A stretch of 64,000 nucleotides of DNA from Lytechinus pictus (taxonomy: Eukaryota). Where the stretch lies: positions 14,634,001 through 14,698,000 of the forward strand of contig NC_087245.1 in assembly GCF_037042905.1 (NCBI RefSeq), in the 5' to 3' direction. Below are positions 13,041 through 27,311 of this stretch, one piece after another. Under the pieces are notes generated by a model. That model had not been told where the DNA came from. It did not search any database and was given only the letters and a program-made list of their open reading frames with translations. Position numbers and translations under genes: made by a program. Numbering within the stretch: position 1 is the stretch's first letter; the number at the start of each line of letters is the position of its first letter.

Positions 13041-15146
13041 CACTAAGAGGAGGGTATCCCGTCACTTACATGAGCTCTAGCCTGAGGAGCTATACGGGAG
13101 AGGAACGGGGAGGCTTCTGATGGGTATACCAACTAACGGGGAGAGATTAGAAGAATCATTCTTAGATCATTTGAATTATGTTTTTAAATTTGATTAAACT
13201 CATTCTTATACTTAAATTGTAAATGATATAAACATGACAAATTATAATTCAAAATCTGGAAGCCACATATCCATGGGATGTGCTGTTGATTAGACAAACT
13301 CTTAAGCTGCAAAAGAAGTCATTGTATAATTAACTTTCATTTTTATATCCATGGCAACGGCCGTTTTAATTTTCTCGACAGAATGAAAACGATAGCAATT
13401 CGATTTTATTTCTGAAAAAGTAGTGTTAACATAATAACCTATAAGTATAGTTTTAAAAGACCAACTTCAGCAGCTGAATTTGTGAAATATCCATTCGAAG
13501 TATAGTTTTAATTAATGAATCTGTATACGATGATTGATTACAATTTTTGTTAAAATTTGTTAAAAGGTATAGGCCTCGTGGACAAGAAGATTTGGTAAAT
13601 TTCCGGGATGGGCAAGGGCCTCCTCCCCTCCCTACCTATACCGTATACGGCCATGGGGAGGGGGTAGGCATCTGGCGCTAAGTTAAATCTGAACATGTTT
13701 ATGGAAGCATACTGGCATTTTCAGGTAGCCACGCTTGAACATGATTTATAGTCGGTGATGTATGGCAAGATAGCTGGGATGAATTCTTAATAGCAAATGA
13801 ATGCCATGAAGAGATCTTTGTTCATTATCATAATTCACTGAAATCATCTGACTTGCTCCATGTGTTTAACCTTTCCCTCTTGACATTTTTTTATGAGTTG
13901 GTTGAACAAGATAGGTGAGTGAATAGAAGATAACTAGATTTGTGCATTTCTACTTATAAAAAGATAAAGATTTTTTTTCATATTTTGGTCATACTAACAA
14001 GAGTTTAAAATCCAGACTGTGCAAAGATAAGCTTATCCTTATACAGCCATTTTAAACTTCTTTTACTATCTGAACCACTGTTTTTATCCATTTTATGACC
14101 TACGCCAACATCGCTTACATGTCACAATGTTTTTGATGATGTGCTTATAGTTTAGGCCGAAAATGCACTTTTGGTGCATCAAGCCAGCGTAATTATATAT
14201 TACCGTGATGTGCGTATTGTATTTGAATAATTTCGAATAACATTATGTAGTATTTGAATTATAATAATGTATATATCAATAATATGCCCCCACCACTACA
14301 CACACACACACACACACACCCTCTCACACACACTTGTTTTAGGGACCCCCCCCCCCTTCTCCCTTCAGCTTCCGGTGCCTATTCTTGAACCTGTAACCTT
14401 CGAAGGTTATGCAAAGAAGAAGATATTCATTTAGTTCTCCTTCATGGTCATTCAGATCCCGAATCCTTACTAAAATTATTCCTCAACATTTCTCCCAGCC
14501 AAACCCGAGGATATAAGTACGACCACCCACTCCTAAAACGAACTTGAACATCATCATGTGGAGAGTCAGTCAGTCACGTCTTCGTCGCTTCATTACTCTT
14601 CTCATGCTCTCAGTGTTCTTAACGTGGACCCATGCATGAAAGTGATTGCAAAAACAAAATCATTCTCCATCGCTTTCTGCTCGTTTTCACTCGATGATTA
14701 ATATCGATCGAGCGATGAGGAATATCGATCAAGCGATGATATCCGAGCGTGGAAGAAAATTTGAAGATTCGAGACATGATAATTAAAATGGGATGTAAAA
14801 TCTTGATACTGTCTGAGCCTGTGAATCGTAGAGCAGTTTTTGTTCAGTCATTCTTGGAATATGAAACTGAAAAAAAAATATCCGTAATTGGGAAAATTGA
14901 TAATGATTGTATGATCAATACTAGAGCCGCATACATGTGGAGCGCTATAAAGGGGGCAGTGGGCACCCAGCCCCTATAATTTCAAGTATATATAATGGAG
15001 GAAATAGGCAAAGACATTAGGGGAAGGAGTGGAAATACAAAAAATGAGCATGAAAAATGAATAATTGAGATAAAAATGTTACATGGACGGGTCGACTCAA
15101 AATAATATTCGAGACAAGATTCAACTTGTACCAGATTTGAATAGAG

Positions 15147-15226
15147 ATTTATTTATTTATTTATTATTTCAATATATCTAATCAGGGTAGCCCACTCAGC
15201 AATAAACTGGTCTCCCATTGGGCCCT
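15147..15226 (-). mobile_element. L2/SINE-type 3' tail fragment
   Basis: CAGGGTAGCCCACTCAG...TCTCCCATTGGGCCCTG next to (TTTA)n, similar to the tail of the SINEs at 5543 and 50593. Confidence 0.5.
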
Positions 15227-16243
15227 GGAATACATGATAAAAAGTCTAAAAACATTTAGATACATATGAAATATATAAAGAAATAGTCTAAATAAATTAA
15301 CTCATATTATAACAGAAAACAGAGTAGCAAGCATACGGCATCGTTAAAAACATGATTACACATAAAGCACTACATATAAATAAAATAAAGTAGATAGACA
15401 TAAAAAAGTTTATTTCAATTTAAAAGGCAATAATAAAACTTAAAATTTAAAAAGATGCACTTTCAGTTTCTGTTTAAAAATTGATAGAGATTTTGACTGG
15501 AGATCTGGAATATCATGATCGAGTCATCATAACGACATTACCTTATTATTCAGGTGAAATTGAAAAAAAACGACATCACATTTAGACCGTCTTGTATGTA
15601 GTTTTCAAATACCCCGGCGCCGTCCTCGATCGAATATAAATTCAAGAGTAGTTTCTAGCACTATTGTAATTAATGCAAAACTGTTATATTCATAGATTGA
15701 ATATTCTGAAAGTAAACGACATTATGTTAACATCAGAAATGATTATTGAACTATAGAAGTTTGACTTCTTTCAATACTTAGAAATTAGAGATAGTATTGT
15801 TCCTCAATAAGTGCAGTTATGTGAATATACATGTATTCAGATTCACAAAATAATTTTAAAGACTGTCCAGTGCACATTTGGTGGTTGACGGGTCTATGTC
15901 ATATACTGTATAGTGCTGTCAACCATATCTTAATATCACAGAAGACTCTTCCCCTTTCCCCACCCACTAAATTGGTAAATATCGTTCCTTCCAAGGTGGC
16001 TCACTTGTAACGCTCTGACAACGCATTACATTAATAACTTAAGTCATGCCTTTGGAAGCATTCACATGAAAAAAATTATGTCAAATATCATGCTCTGTTT
16101 CTGCTAGGCCTAATCGCCCATTGTTCCTGACCTATTATGTGGATCACAATCGTAATAATTAGATGATAATAAAGGATTGGAATAGTGCTTAGTTCGTTTA
16201 TATTTATTTCGATTTTGTTTCTAACATGCAGTATTATGAATGC

Positions 16244-16391
16244 CTCCTCATCCTCCTCCTCGTCCTTCTTTTTCTTCTTCTTCCCCTTCCCCTTCTTCTT
16301 CTTCTTCCCCTTCTCCTTCTTTTTCTTCTTCTTCTTCATCTTCTTCTTCTTAATTCTTCTTAATTCCTCTTCTTAATTCTTCTTCTTCCTC
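16244..16391. repeat. (TTC)n/(TCC)n low-complexity tract
   Basis: Read directly from sequence. Confidence 0.9.
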
Positions 16392-18958
16392 TAAGTATTA
16401 GTTATAGCGCTTTGTAATGAATCAATATTTTTTATTGATAAAGTTAAAAGCTCAAATGTGCACTGTTAAATTTCCTTCCCATAATAGTTGAAGACATTTG
16501 TCCCGAATTATGTTTCACAAAGCCCATGCATACATAATGTTTCTTTATTTATTCTATACTATAAACTGAATTCGAAAGTCCCATGCACGCGAGTTATACG
16601 CGTTGATCTCAACGAAAAGTGAAAGAGGAGCTAAGATTCTATACTACGCTAAACAATCCAATGTGCGTTCTACCCACTGGGAAACGGAATATGAACCCCC
16701 CGTGTAGGGGGGCAAGGCAGGTCAAATGGGAGGGGTCCCGGGGGTCAAATACATTTTGGGTGCATTTTCACTATCTACCGTTGGGCTGTTGTTTTTTAGC
16801 ATGAATGTGAGACGTGTTGAATGACACGTATTGCGGAACTTATTGTACAGTTTTAAAGGGCTCCTACCAGAATCTGAGGCAGTTTTGTTTTCTAGTTGTA
16901 CAGAGCTGTGTGTAATTGGTGATTTATTACTTAACATTGGGGTTCCTATGGAGTTGGGGAATGGCGACCCCTTAAAAATTTATCTTTTAGATAAGTGATT
17001 AGGCCTATATCTTATTTTCTAACACCATAACTGCCATGGGAATTCTGGTCAATTTGACTGATTTGGGCCTGCATGCAGAGGACACAGTATTCATAATTAT
17101 ATTTTTTCTCTCTTGCTCTGCTCGCTCACAAATTATCAGAAATACTGTCCTAACTCCATCCCGATCTTCAGAAACTTTGCTTCATCACATCAATCATCTG
17201 CATATGTTATACTTTTTAAGATTTTATTTGGTATTTTTTTTTTTTTTTTTGCTGTTATATTTTGTTATTTGCATACATCTTTTTTACCTGAACGCAAGCT
17301 CTTTGAATTCAACGCAAGATTTTTGTGCACAAATGCCATTAAAAGCGAATCAATGTTTGTGGTCTTTATACTGCAGGTGCATCATTGAAGCAAAATAGAA
17401 TAATCCTTCTGAATATTTTGATTAGGTCTGCAAGCTCACACACCCACATCTATGCTTGTATGATCATTATTTCGCTTTGATCAAGAATATTGCCATTTTA
17501 TTCTTTGTCACTCCGATTGTGAATGCTATGCAGTTTTGACGTCTTCTTTCTTCTTTGATATATTAATTTGTGAACAATATTTTCTGCAGTTTTGGGTGAC
17601 GATGGTTCTACTTCATTTAATTGTTAAAATGGGGCTGTCAACCAATGAAAGTGGTGTCCTGCTATGCATGCGCTTGTTTTATAGTTTTGATATATACACA
17701 CACCCTCTCAAATATGATAACCAATCAATCGTGATTATTTTTTGGTTTAAACAAAAAATATGTTTATTTAATCTTTATCGAAAACGATGAATTATTAGTT
17801 ATGAAGCAAATTATTTCGTTTCTTAAAGAATGGTGGGAAGAAAATCCTTTGTTATCATTATCGTAGAACTAGATGGTAAAGATATTGCATTGTATATATA
17901 TTATTAACCCGAGTTATAGGTTTTTAGCTGATTATTCGGTACCTTGACTGTATAGTCCTTTATTTACTGTGATTTGCATTTTCAACTAGTATTCTTTTCA
18001 CAAACCCTAACCCCAAAAATCATGCCAGTATACGTCTACATGATTTCAAATATTGATTAGGATGTGTTAAAATGGACTATTCAAATACATATCACAGTGT
18101 ATAGAACTAAAATTGACGCTTACGCTTTTGTCTTTTAGTTCATCTGGTACTCACGTCATAACGAATTACGTATGTGCAACCTACATTATTTACAAGAGAT
18201 ACACCCGTCCTCGCACGATGCTAAGAAATCCAGGTTTTACAACAAAATAAACAATATCTGACAAGCTTGATCTGAAAAATAATCTTCTATCAGTCACGGA
18301 TTATTATTCTCATTTCTTTGCCAAACAAACACAGTTCATAGGGTTAAACCGCTTAGGGGCTAAGACTAACAATGCTCAAAATACATTCATCATTTTGGTA
18401 TCGTTAAGTCAACATACATACCAGACTTCTAGGGATTGCCAACATTTATGTTTTGTAAGAAATCATGATTACTATGAATGCCTAAAGAATGTTTAAGAAT
18501 TTTTTCTAAAAGTAGGCCGGATAAAATGGGTGAACTGTATAGTGATGTTGATACCCCCCCCCCCCCCCCATAAGAAGAAGACGGGGCCATACCGAAGCGA
18601 GGATTTTTCCGGGGATTTCAACAGTTTGAAAAAAAGTTGACCTTGTCCTTCTTTGAGAGAGCGAAGCGCCTAACTAGTCTCTCTCTAAAAAAAAAATCGA
18701 ATGAATAATTCACTCATCGGAGAAATGAATGGAATCCACTCGATTGATAAGAGTGACTTTCACTTGTTGCCAAAATGAGAGTTGTGTGAACTGAGAAATG
18801 TTCGTTGTTGTAATTATGTTCACTCTAAATTTACTCAAATTTTAGTGATAATTGATGTCACTACCCTCGGTATAGCCTAAAGCTGCGCGCAAAAATTATC
18901 AATATATCGTTTAATTACTGTTGTCAATGTTGTTTCTTTTTTTTTCTTCAAATCTCAG

Positions 18959-19237
18959 ATGGCAATGAAGTCCCAAGATCACCAACTCGCCATGCAACTC
19001 ATGAAGCTCCGCGGAGAGATCCAGGCGCTCAAACTCGAGAAAACCAATGACGAGCACCGAGAATTAATAGAGGGCGCCCGCTACAGCATAGTGGAGGAGA
19101 GTGCCGAGCTAAAGAGTGCGCTATTTGATTTGCCAATGAACAATAACTTCTATCCAATCGCGGCTGGGGAGGATCCATTGAAAGGCATGGGGGTGACGAG
19201 GATGAATTTGAACAGTCGGAGATTCTCGTTACGATAG
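18959..19237 (+). CDS. FAM167A: FAM167-family protein, coding exon 2 (C-terminal conserved domain)
   Basis: Polypyrimidine tract + CAG acceptor at 18956-18958, phase 0; MKSQDHQLAMQLMKLRGEIQALKLE...PLKGMGVTRMNLNSRRFSLR* matches the FAM167 C-terminal signature. Confidence 0.9.
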   Translation: MAMKSQDHQLAMQLMKLRGEIQALKLEKTNDEHRELIEGARYSIVEESAELKSALFDLPMNNNFYPIAAGEDPLKGMGVTRMNLNSRRFSLR

Positions 19238-22178
19238 CCGAGTTTGTGATTGGCTAATCCGGAGGTGTGCTTGGTCATATGACTTTAAGTAATTGCAATA
19301 ATATTGACCAAGCTGCACCGACTGCTTGCCTGCCGTGAATGATATTCAGATATCAGAACCTTGTGAAAATGAAACAATGACGAAACATGATGGTTGAATA
19401 AAGTCTTCTCAATGCGATTGATTGTGAAATAGGCCTACTTGCTTTCCATTGAATTGGATATTTTCAAATAAAAAAGAAGGAACGAGGAAATGATCATTAT
19501 GTCATGTATGTGAACTTTTTTTCAAGATCAATGTTTTACCAACGGAAGTGATTTTTTCTAAAGATATTAACGGTAAAAAGAACGGTAATTAATATTCATC
19601 TATGGGGCAAATTCCATTTGTATAATTTTGCTTCTCGAAGGCTACTTTCCCAGCCTGTCCTTCATAATAAATATTTTGTTATAGTGAACCATATTTCATC
19701 TTTCTTTTAGTTTTTAGATAAAGTAAGCAGTCCTGAAAGTAAGAATACAATAACGAGGCTCTACTTGCTACTACTATCCACTAACAGGGAGTAAATTCAT
19801 TATTTTTGGAATGATAGACTTAGTGCATGACCAAAAACACATTGAAACGAGAAAGCGAAGTGATCGAGATGTTTTCATTTTTTATGTATTTGAAATCGAA
19901 ATGAAATGATCTGGTATATACATTTACGTCAACATTTACGAAGAAAATGAGGGGTGGAAATAATTATTGATTGTGTAGGGGAAATTACCACCAACACTCC
20001 CTCTCTCCCCCTCCCCCCCCCCCTGCGTAGGGTCATGACTTGTTTATTATTAGATGAACCTGATTCAATCGAGCATAATATGAATGTAATTGCGAATACA
20101 AGATGATCTTTAATATCAGTTACATAAAATGTTGAATTAGCATCTGTGTAAGATTTCATGTTTTAAAGTTACGATTGGGCTTCCGAATACAATGGACAAA
20201 GTTGAATTCAGTTTTTGTTTATCAAAAAAAATCATGAAAGTTTAAATTGGGTTATCGCATATTAATTAACGTAGTTTACAAATTGATAAAACCGATATTG
20301 TTGTATGATTGCAATAGGCAAACATTTTTATTATTTGGGATCTACCTCTTTGTAATATTTTATCGTCTGTAGGGGGTTTTCCCCAGATAATTATGTGTAT
20401 GGAGTGGTGTAGAACCAATACGGTTTTAAAGTATTTATCACTGTCTTTGTGGACATAAAATTTATAGACCTAAGTCCATTTATATCAAAGTGGATTACTG
20501 AATTTAACTCACAAGACATTACGATTGATATTTTCTTTGTATGTAAATAAAAATAACAAGAAGATTTCGTTTTTATGTCTGGTACATGAATTAAGTTATT
20601 TTTGTATTTTATTATACTAATAGGTCTCAGAGTGTTTCACGGTAACTTTCAATTTCACTTCTTCAAAACTATGAAAAGTGACGTATAAATTGTATATCAA
20701 TTTAATCAACTCTGCCAATGGTGCATCTCTTTCTCAAACATTTTTGTTTTACTATATGTACGTTCCTAATATTGCATTTACATGTCCCAAACTGTAATAA
20801 CGTCACAACTTTAATTGGCAGTTTTGGATATGTTTGTTTGCAATCCCTTTTCTAACCCGGTAAACGTACCAACAAGTAAGACATCGACATGATAGATTAT
20901 GACTTACAAGCATGATTTTATTTTATTATTTTTTTTTTTTTGGTCTGGGGAAAATGATATTGACAACACAATGAAGAAAAAATACCTTAATAACATATTT
21001 CTATTCTTACAAAAAGTATATATTTGTATTGAATATGATTTCTTTTTCATTATTTCTTATTTGTCTTGATGAGGATTATGACATTTTATGGTTTACAAGC
21101 TTGATTCTCTATATGAAATAAAACATGCCATTACAAAGGTGATATGAATCTTGTCTGTTCGTTATTATTTTTGTAATGAACAGAAGAAATGAACATTATT
21201 TTATCATTGCATCTCATACTTGTAGATTAGTTCCTCTTCTGTTTATTTCACATCATGTTTTGTTGTTTGTTGACGTTGTTGCTAAGAGAACCAACGATAA
21301 TATAAGCCAATCAGAATAATTAATCTATTTGTGGATCAATTATTTTCCTCACTTAATCACATTTCAGGGTTTTAAAGAAATCAACAGTAAGTTGTTGATT
21401 ACCGATCTCTAGATCAACGTGTAAAGAGTAGTACACCATTTCTGCATTTGATAATTAGTATGATTAGAGATTTATGATTAATGACAAACCCTTTTAATTT
21501 CTCCACGTCAAAAGAGCAGGCATTCTTTTGTATGTGCCAAATTATCGAGCTGAAGTCATTTCAGTACGCTTGAATTGGTGAGGGAAATGAAAGCCCATAG
21601 GATGAAAGTATTTATTCCATTGCGTTTCAAGGGATCCATTGAAACTGCACATTGCTAATCAAGTTTTTAATTCATTTGTGGCTCATTCAGTATGTTATGT
21701 TAGTTATTCATTTTACTTTAGGCAACATCGAGAGTTGACGCTTTGGCCCCTCATAGGAGGTCCATATAAGTTCATTTGCTCGATACAATGTCATCTACAC
21801 TTTTCATACTAAAGGGCCTACATGTTGCAGAAATTGAATGAATAATGTAGTATTATCGCGACAAAATACCTTTTTCTATCGGAAATCAAAATTATTTCGC
21901 AGCGTATTATACTCTCACCCATAGCTCTTTCCATTTCATTCATTGACAACATATCTATGACTATGACTTTGATTCTGTGAAGAATACTATAGTAAAGTTG
22001 TTACAGATCTAGTATAGGATTACACTTTACCACTACACGGTCAAAATGATGCACTGTTAGTCAGGAATCGAAGAGAATTTAAGCAGTTCAGGACCGAAGC
22101 TGACGTTCTTTGGGACATATTGCCTTTAAAGTGTGTCCTTCATTGTCTCTTGCTGCATGGATCCTAAATGATGACTCC

Positions 22179-22193
22179 ATGATGACTCTGAAT
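22179..22193 (+). CDS. Possible upstream exon end of the lectin gene (optional MMTLN extension)
   Basis: AAT|GTAAGT donor at 22194; ATG ATG ACT CTG AAT is in frame (phase 0) with the exon at 23124, which has its own acceptor. Confidence 0.3.
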
Positions 22194-23123
22194 GTAAGTA
22201 TTATATTTCCAATTCCACATGCTTTCTGTTGAATACTACAATTTATTTTCTTATTTTGTATCATTCCTTAAAAATATCGTAATTGAACTTTTTATTAATA
22301 AAAATTCCTCAGTATCTATATAATTCAAAGCTGAAAAAGAAATCGAGAATACCAGATTGAAATAAAGATTTATGAATACGTTTTTCCGAGCGTGGAAAGA
22401 AGAAATTTGATATCATTTCGGTTCATGATTTTCCCCTTTACAAAGACCACATTGAAAATAGCAAGTCCCTATTTATCTGAATAGAGTAAGATTTAAGTGA
22501 GCAAATCGATAAACATTTCCTCAAAATCTGATAAAGTAACGAAATTGTTGAATTTGTAAGAAATTTTATAGCAAAACTTTTTGAAAACAGTTACACACTG
22601 TCACGAACATGCAATACGTTTGGCTGATTGTTATTATGATGGAATGCTCAAATTTTCCCTTAATATCTTATTAATACATTAAATCGTCAATATTTCTTTT
22701 TTTATAAACATATTTTCTCTTTTGTATAAAAAACAAGTTACCACAATGATTATCAAACACATTAAATCAGCAGTGAAACATATCTTCATATTCTTGTAGA
22801 ACGACATCTTAATAAAATGTCATTAATAATATAATAACATTAAAAGAAAACGAATGAGATGGGATACGACACCATCATCTTACTGATAATCATTGTGTAT
22901 TCATGAAGATATGCTTCGAATTCGTTCACCGAAATAACAAAATAAAAAAACCTTTAAACATCATAAGTCTGTTTTTTTCTTATCCGATTTTAATGAATCT
23001 TCCAGTGTTTTGTTTGTCTGATTTCATTTGATCTATTCAAATCATTCATTAGGCTGAAGTACCACTTTCATCTGAAGGATATATCTCAAAGTTCAATTTT
23101 TTGCTTGTTCTCTGTTTATCCAG

Positions 23124-23190
23124 ATGTGGTATTTAGTAATCATCTTTATAGTCTTACAGCAAGTGAATGTTAGCGTCCAAAAATGTCAAA
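23124..23190 (+). CDS. Signal-peptide exon of C-type lectin/mucin/PAN protein
   Basis: Polypyrimidine CAG acceptor, MWYLVIIFIVLQQVNVSVQKCQ, A|GTAAGT donor; its phase 1 fits the CTLD exon at 42455. Confidence 0.65.
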
Positions 23191-23599
23191 GTAAGTTACA
23201 ATAGAAATAGTCTGCTTCGCCATATACATGTAATATGTGTAAAGAATAGATGAATCAAAATTGGTAGTAAACTGCCGTAGAAACAAAATAAAAGATTTTA
23301 GAAGCGCATTTCTCAAAAATTAAAGGTAAGTCACGCTCTTCGTCGTCAGTGGCGGATCCAGGGGGGGGGGCACAGGGGGCACGTGCGCCCCCCTCCCTAA
23401 TATTTGAAATAAAATAAGTAAAAGAAAGAAAAGGCGCTGCTTGAAAAAATAAAAAAATAAAGGAAAGAAAAGAAAAGGCGACGCTTAAAAAAAGTAAACA
23501 GTGATATAATATTAGCAACATGAAGACTATCCCCCAGCAAAGCACAATCATATCATCTTCCTTATCTTTTCTTTTGACTACCCTTTTCCCAACAACTTC

Positions 23600-24530
23600 G
23601 CCGGTTAAAAATAATCAGCAGCGCGCTGCCTGCATATAACTGGCGCCAATCAAGAATAATCAGCACCACCTAAATCTAAATCGGCGCCGGACAAGAATAA
23701 TCAGCGCCATCTGGTTATAAATTGGCGCCGGTAAAAAAAATCGGCGCTGCCTGAGTTCTTAACCAGCGCCGATCAAGGATAATCAGCGCCACCTATATCT
23801 AAATCGGGGCTGGTCAAGAATAATCAGCGCCATCTGGTTATAAATCGGCGCTGCCTGAGTCTTAACCGGCGCCGATCAAGAATAATCAGCTCCACCTAAA
23901 TCTAAATCGGCGCCGGACAAGAATAATCAGCGCCACCTATATCTAAATCGGGGCTGGTCAAGAATAATCAGCGCCATCTGGTTATAATCGGCGCTGCCAG
24001 GGTCTTAACCGGCGCCGATCAAGAATAATCAGCTCCACCTAAATCTAAATCGGCGCCGGGCAAGAATAATTGGCGCCATCTGGTTATAAATCGGCGCCGG
24101 TAAAGAAAAAGCGGCGCTGCCTGAGTTCTTAACCGGCGCCGATCAAGGATAATCAGCGCCACCTATATCTAAATCGGGGCTGGTCAAGAATAATCAGCAC
24201 CACCTGGTTAAAAATCGGCGCCAGTCAAGAATAATCGGCGCCTCCTGGTTCTAAATCGGCGGCAGTCGATTATAAATTACCGCTGCCGGAATCTTACGTG
24301 ACGTCGGTAAAAAGTAATCAGCACTATTTGTTCTAAATCGGCGCCGGTCAAGACAAATCGGTGCTGCCTTTGTCTTAACCGGCGCCACCTAAATTCAAAT
24401 CGGCGCCGGTCAAGAATAATCAGCGTCCCCTGGTTCCAATAAATAGGCGCCGGTAGAATAATGAAGAAGGACCTATTGCCAAGCAAATCTAGATCGGCGC
24501 CGGTCAAGAATGATCAGCGGCACCTGGTTA
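23600..24530. repeat. GC-rich minisatellite, ~21/42-bp modules with higher-order blocks
   Basis: Recurrent AAATCGGCGCCGGTCAAGAATAATCAGCGCCACCTGGTT variants. Confidence 0.85.
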
Positions 24531-25335
24531 TACATTTTATTGTTGAATGGTCATAACAAAGCTTATCGCATGCCCTAACAGAGTGGACTGGGGCGGGGCA
24601 GTTGCCCGCAGATGTCATGAAATCTTTAATTTGTTATTAAAAAAATCCGAGAATCATACAAAAGCGTAGAGCAAATTCTTTAATTTTGATCTTATTTTCC
24701 AATGCTTTAATAAAAAAAAGGTCAGTCACTTTTCTTCTTTACACATTCCACATTGTGCCACCTCTATGGCCTTTAGTGTAAGACAGCTACTATAGTGTTT
24801 TATGAAGATGATTCGATATTTTAGTCCAAAAATTTGCTAAAACCCGTTGCTAATACCGGGAGTGTATAATTACGCAACCAGAGTCGTATATTCGTAGACC
24901 TTAAACCACTAAATATCATTTTCAATGTATAAATACACTTTGTCAATACCTTTGTTTTAACGTTTATATGTTTACGCAACAAAATTTGATTTATTTTCAT
25001 CTTCCATGGAGTTAAATATTATTCATCTGATCACTCAGGAAGAAGTTAAAAACAAAGATAACGATACCTGTAAAACTGGAGAACTATTTCCAAAGCTCTG
25101 TCTTGAAGGATCTCTTTCTGAATTCAGGTCATAAGCATCATATCCAGTTTCATCAAAGTAATTAGATAAAAATTTCTTATTACAAATTGCATTAGATTTA
25201 GTGAAAAGCATTACGATATATACCAAATTCTGCATATAGGCCTATACATCATGTACATGAAAATTGAATGATAATATATAAACCTGGATTGGTGATGTAT
25301 TCCGAATGATTCATGATGTAGTATCATTGTATAAA

Positions 25336-26084
25336 CAATGGCGTCGATCCTGGGGGGGGCAGGGGGGTTGCAATCGCCCCACCAATGAAAATATTGGGGG
25401 GCAAACATTTTTTTTTTGCCCCCCCCCCCAATAATTCCGCATGTGCAAAAATAAAATAAGATGGTAATGTTACAGAGAAATCAGCAAGCGAGATTGAGCT
25501 ACACAACTCGTTCTTTATTTAAAATCGTGCTCAAATTGTCCGCTTTTCAGATTGGAATATAAAAATTTTCAGCTCGCGCTTCGCGCTCGCATCATTTCTG
25601 TAGCAAAACCCCATACTTTTCATTATTAAATAGGTGAATAGAATGTTCCGTTTTCAGTTCTAAACCTCAAAAGAACTCCCGCTTCGATTTGCAATAATCT
25701 TTTGTTGGATATAATCTTGTTCTTTATTAAAAACGTCCATTAAACTCTCATTTTTTCAGATCGAAATATCAAAATTTTAAGCTCGCGCTTCGCGCTCGCA
25801 TCTATTGTTTTTTTAGATACCCATCTTAATCATTGGTACCAAAAATGCTTAGAATATCAAGCATTTTGGTCAGAATATAAAGAAATTTCAGCTCGCCCTC
25901 GGCACTCGCATTATCTGTGTAGGGAGATATGTATCCTCCTCATGAGTTACTACAAACAGTCCTAAACAGGCACCTTTTTCCTGTTTTCAGGTCAGTATAA
26001 TACTAAAAAATTTCAACTCGCGCTTCGCGCTCGCATTAATTTGTTGGTGAGATATGTGTCTCTATCTCATGAGTCATATAAATG

Positions 26085-26120
<36 letters not shown>

Positions 26121-26130
26121 CATATAAATG

Positions 26131-26168
<38 letters not shown>

Positions 26169-26275
26169 TATGTTTGTGTGTGTGAGTTTGTTTGTTTTGT
26201 GTGATCGAGCGCCTTTGGAAAGTTGATTCATGATTTCCCCCCCCCCCCCATCTTAAAAAAGGATCGACGCCCCTG
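25336..26275. mobile_element. Non-autonomous hAT-like element
   Basis: TIRs CAATGGCGTCGATCC / GGATCGACGCCCCTG; 8-bp flanks TGTATAAA / TGTATATA; internal GCTCGCGCTTCGCGCTCGCA motifs and (TA)n. Confidence 0.8.
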
Positions 26276-27311
26276 TGTATATATATATATATATTAAAAG
26301 AAAAACTTGTATCTCAATTAATATACAAAAGTATTGGCCTCATCGCAATAAAAGGGTTAGTACACGAGATTTTGAAATCGCACATAACATGCATAATTTG
26401 TGTTACTTTTTGCTTGTTTCTTTCTTTAATAAGTTTTTCAATCTCTCTCTATATATGTTTTAGAAAGATTATAATTATGTTTAAATTGATGTATATTTTC
26501 TGTCATAATGAGATATGTTTGAGTGGACTTCAGGGAATGGTCGTACGCAGCAAGGGGGAAGGGGGGGGGGGGGGCAAATTCCCGATCAGCTGTTGTTAAA
26601 ACACATTTGTTTCCTTAACATTTCATGAAAACTATGAAAAATGTGCAAATGTGACATGTGCACCAAATACTTTTATTACACTTGTAAAAAAAAAAAATCG
26701 CCCCATTGAGCAGCTCGGTCCGTTTACTCTATCGTTTTTATTTTTTTTTTCAAAAGTATGTTCGAGTCTTGCCCCCCCCCCCCCCCGGAAATATTATCTG
26801 CGTGTGGTCATGCAAAATGGCATGACTGGAAATCCTACATTTTGAAAAGAGCATTTGACAGGGTCAGACTTTACCCCTTTTTCAACATTTTCTTTTATGG
26901 CGCCGGTGAAGTGCAAAAATATGTGCGCCGCTCGGCAGTGCGCCCCCCCCCCCCCTTTCGCCAAAAGCTGGATCCGCCTATGGTCGTTGCCCATGATGTG
27001 ACAGAAAAGAATTCGACATCCGTTTCTAAAACGGATTGTGAAACTCACCTTTGAAAGAAATCAATGCGCTATGATAGCGCGAAAAAGCATCGCGCCATCT
27101 CCATCTTCAACACATTGATATATTTTTTTAAAAGGTGAGTTTTACCATTCGTCTTTTAGCGCTTGTGTACAGATTGAGAGCTAGGGAGAGTAATAAAACA
27201 AGGGGAATATGAGGGAAAGTGACAAGAAAAAGAGTGAAATATGATATTATAAATTGAATACTACGTCAAACCTAGAACAAAATTAGATTTTCATTTCATA
27301 AACATGATAAA

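Noticed and set aside
23600..24530. CRISPR-like regular repeats (also 56380-56590)
   Set aside because: No unique spacers, no cas genes, eukaryotic spliced-gene context.
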